Source of the DNA: Spirochaetota bacterium
GTDB taxonomy: Bacteria > Spirochaetota > UBA4802 > UBA5550
Assembly (NCBI GenBank): GCA_050298055.1
Contig: JBNKTL010000064.1
Span: 1-18,667, forward strand
Direction: 5' to 3'
Length of the DNA: 18,667 bases
The notes beneath the pieces were generated by a model that worked only from the letters and a program-made list of their open reading frames with translations, searched no databases and was not told where the DNA came from. Positions 16,768-18,667 of this stretch are shown piece after piece (the stretch's first letter is position 1; each line of letters starts with the position of its first letter). The position numbers were made by a program, and so were the translations under genes.

Positions 16768-18144
16768 CTACTCGATCAGGACCTTCTCCTCCCCGGAAAT
16801 TACCAGATCACTGCTGATATCGTCGGGACCCACAGCATAGAGGGGCGAGATTTCAATATCAGCATCATCCCGGGGAATTGTGATCCCCTTTTCCCTGAGC
16901 CAGCTTTTATGCAGGTTTATCATTAATTTCCTGGCAGAATCAACCGAATCCACACCTTCCGCGTTTTTTACCGGCGCGAATTCCTCTTCCCTCAATGTTT
17001 CAAAAATAATATTTTTTTCAGTGAGCTTAAGAGAATCGAACACAAACTTTTCAAACTTGTATCCTTCAATTTCTCCCTGATTATTGTTCCTGAATGCCTT
17101 TATCTTTTTCCGGGCAGTATGATAGGGAAGGGAAACTCCCAGACCGGAAGTTATTTTTTCAATAAAAAAGCTGTTAAAAAGATGAATGGCCAGACTCCCC
17201 GAAGAAAATTTCAGATTACCCTTTTCATCTTTCATGAACATCTTCTCTTCAGGGAGGTCGGAATATTCAACAACCCCCATCTTTCCGCCGGTATACCGCA
17301 CAAAGACTCCCATCTTCTCCTCAGGATAGGCCTTTTTTACGGACTTGCTTGAGATATCGGCGCTGTTTTTAACATGGAAACCGGTAAAGACCGGGTCAAC
17401 AATTTTAACCAGCGGGTTGTCCACCTGAAAGTAGGAGATTGTCTCTATTCCCCGTTCCTTCATCTTATTGAGTACCCCGGAACTGTGAAGTGCCGTCAGG
17501 CTGCCCCCGTGACCGTCGGGATTCATGAAAATGCCTGAGCTGCTCTCAAGAATAAGCTTCCCCCGGGTATCAAGAGACGGGATCATGTTCTGGGGGAAGA
17601 TAAAGATATCATTCTCATCAAGACCGAAAAACCCGCACCGTCCAAAGTAGTCTACTGTCTCATGATGGTTCAGTCGTGAAGTCATAACAAGCCAGGGAAT
17701 TCTTACCCCGTACTTGTCCGAATATTTCCTTATCTTCTCACCGTGTATCCGGAAGAGGGTCTTCCCGGAAACAGGTCCCACGGGAAACATTCCCTTGGGA
17801 CCATCGTAACCGAGACGGGACCCCTGCCCTCCTGCCACAACAAAGGCGGCCAGTTTTCCCCCCTCTATATGCTTTATCCCCGCTTCGGCGGCTTCTCTCC
17901 GCAACTCCCTGTCATTGTCACTTTCAGGCAGCGGTATGTAAGGGGCCTCGTTATAGTCCTCATCCACGGAATCCCCCGGTGATTCAAAAAGTCCCGTAAG
18001 CAGATGAAAATCGATCCCTTCCAGCTGTTCCAGGAGATTTTTTTTCTTCTCATCATCCAGACTCTCCCAGTATTCAAAAACATGTTCCTGTTTGTAATCA
18101 TAGACTTTTTCAATAGTCTTTTCATAACCACCGTAGGAAATCAT
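16768..18144 (-). CDS. UDP-N-acetylglucosamine pyrophosphorylase-like protein (UAP1/UDPGP family)
   Basis: AGGQGSRLG..GPKG, PDGHGG, QVDNPL, KFEKFVFD, EEFAPVKN. ORF track starts at 18183, but ATG at 18144 has an AGGAG RBS. Confidence 0.9.
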   Translation of the reverse strand: MISYGGYEKTIEKVYDYKQEHVFEYWESLDDEKKKNLLEQLEGIDFHLLTGLFESPGDSVDEDYNEAPYIPLPESDNDRELRREAAEAGIKHIEGGKLAAFVVAGGQGSRLGYDGPKGMFPVGPVSGKTLFRIHGEKIRKYSDKYGVRIPWLVMTSRLNHHETVDYFGRCGFFGLDENDIFIFPQNMIPSLDTRGKLILESSSGIFMNPDGHGGSLTALHSSGVLNKMKERGIETISYFQVDNPLVKIVDPVFTGFHVKNSADISSKSVKKAYPEEKMGVFVRYTGGKMGVVEYSDLPEEKMFMKDEKGNLKFSSGSLAIHLFNSFFIEKITSGLGVSLPYHTARKKIKAFRNNNQGEIEGYKFEKFVFDSLKLTEKNIIFETLREEEFAPVKNAEGVDSVDSARKLMINLHKSWLREKGITIPRDDADIEISPLYAVGPDDISSDLVISGEEKVLIE

Positions 18145-18175
18145 ACAACTCTCCTGAATTTTTTTCTTGTGAAAA

Positions 18176-18317
18176 CGTAACAACTCAGCTCTATTGTTAA
18201 AAATAATTGTATTTACTAAAATGTTAACGATATGTCCCCGCCGCCGAAGGCGGCGGGGACATATCGGTTATGTTTTTAATGAATACGATTATTCTTATAC
18301 ATAGCCGATTAATTGCG
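18176..18317. mobile_element. Palindromic MITE/REP-like element copy 2 (~142 bp, 18-bp perfect central stem)
   Basis: cgatatgtccccgccgcc-gaa-ggcggcggggacatatcg at 18228-18266; left end cgtaacaactcagct is 14/15 identical to copy 1; degenerate inverted right end at 18317; symmetric about 18247. Mobility is inferred. Confidence 0.65.
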
Positions 18318-18465
18318 CAATAACGTATATCCAAAACAGTTTATACCGGTATATTTTACTCCTTATAATATTCTTGTAAAGATATTATTAAGAAAAATAT
18401 TTGTTCACGGCAGATAAAAATAAAATGGACCGAAAAAGTGTAAAAGAAAGAGAGAGAGAGAGAGC

Positions 18466-18609
18466 ACCACGAAGGAAGAGGAAGAAAAGTCTTGAATCGC
18501 AAAGGAAGAGTTTATTAATGTTAAATTAAAGAAGCTTTTGTTGATTGGATAATTTAACATTTAAAATTAAACATTCAACATTATTTTAAGCTTTGCGCCC
18601 TTTGCGCCT
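18466..18609. repeat. Second, degenerate copy of the composite heptamer/GC-arm element
   Basis: accacgaag..ttgaatcgcaaagg..gtttat in the same order as 2189-2249; perfect 12-bp IR at 18517-18528/18550-18561; heptamers at 18553-18580; 18591-18609 is the exact reverse complement of 2226-2244. Confidence 0.8.
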
Positions 18610-18667
18610 GCTATGTATAAAATATGTCAACCCGTATATTAGTTATTATTCTTTATAAAGGCGTAAG

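Noticed and set aside
272..18131. Remaining antisense and alternate-frame ORFs in the track (e.g. 689..1102, 9744..10334, 14400..15020)
   Set aside because: They overlap well-supported genes and show no recognisable motifs; shadow ORFs.
15850..18266. CRISPR repeats
   Set aside because: Only two copies, 2.4 kb apart with genes between; no spacer array or cas genes.
18449..18464. (AG)8 microsatellite as a regulatory switch
   Set aside because: Real but intergenic with no identifiable linked promoter or gene; function unsupported.

Overview
Bacterial chromosomal window, probably from a spirochaete related to Leptospira (inferred from LipL45-like FecR lipoproteins, spirochaete-type lipoboxes and an LA_0442-like N-terminal domain). 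The left 5.5 kb is a minus-strand cluster: ECF sigma factor, membrane FecR-type anti-sigma, small membrane protein, FecR/LipL45-like lipoprotein, FN3-containing outer-membrane beta-barrel protein, four-helix-bundle (IVP/Avd-like) protein, and a lipoprotein running off the edge. Three consecutive proteins share an ungapped ~56-aa C-terminal domain with an Sm/Hfq-like pattern, and the outer-membrane protein appears to carry two related domains, suggesting a non-canonical cell-surface signalling system. The rest is mostly housekeeping: lipoprotein, dual-specificity phosphatase, PiT-PhoU phosphate transporter, pepF, QueE-like and a second radical SAM enzyme, hybrid histidine kinase, and a UAP1-type sugar pyrophosphorylase. 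Intergenic DNA holds two dispersed repeat families: AT-rich heptamer arrays with GC-rich inverted arms, and a ~140-bp palindromic element with a GC hairpin core. Two small genes and one edge-truncated gene missing from or misread by the ORF track were read by hand; one is frameshifted. All family assignments are from motif recognition, not database searches.
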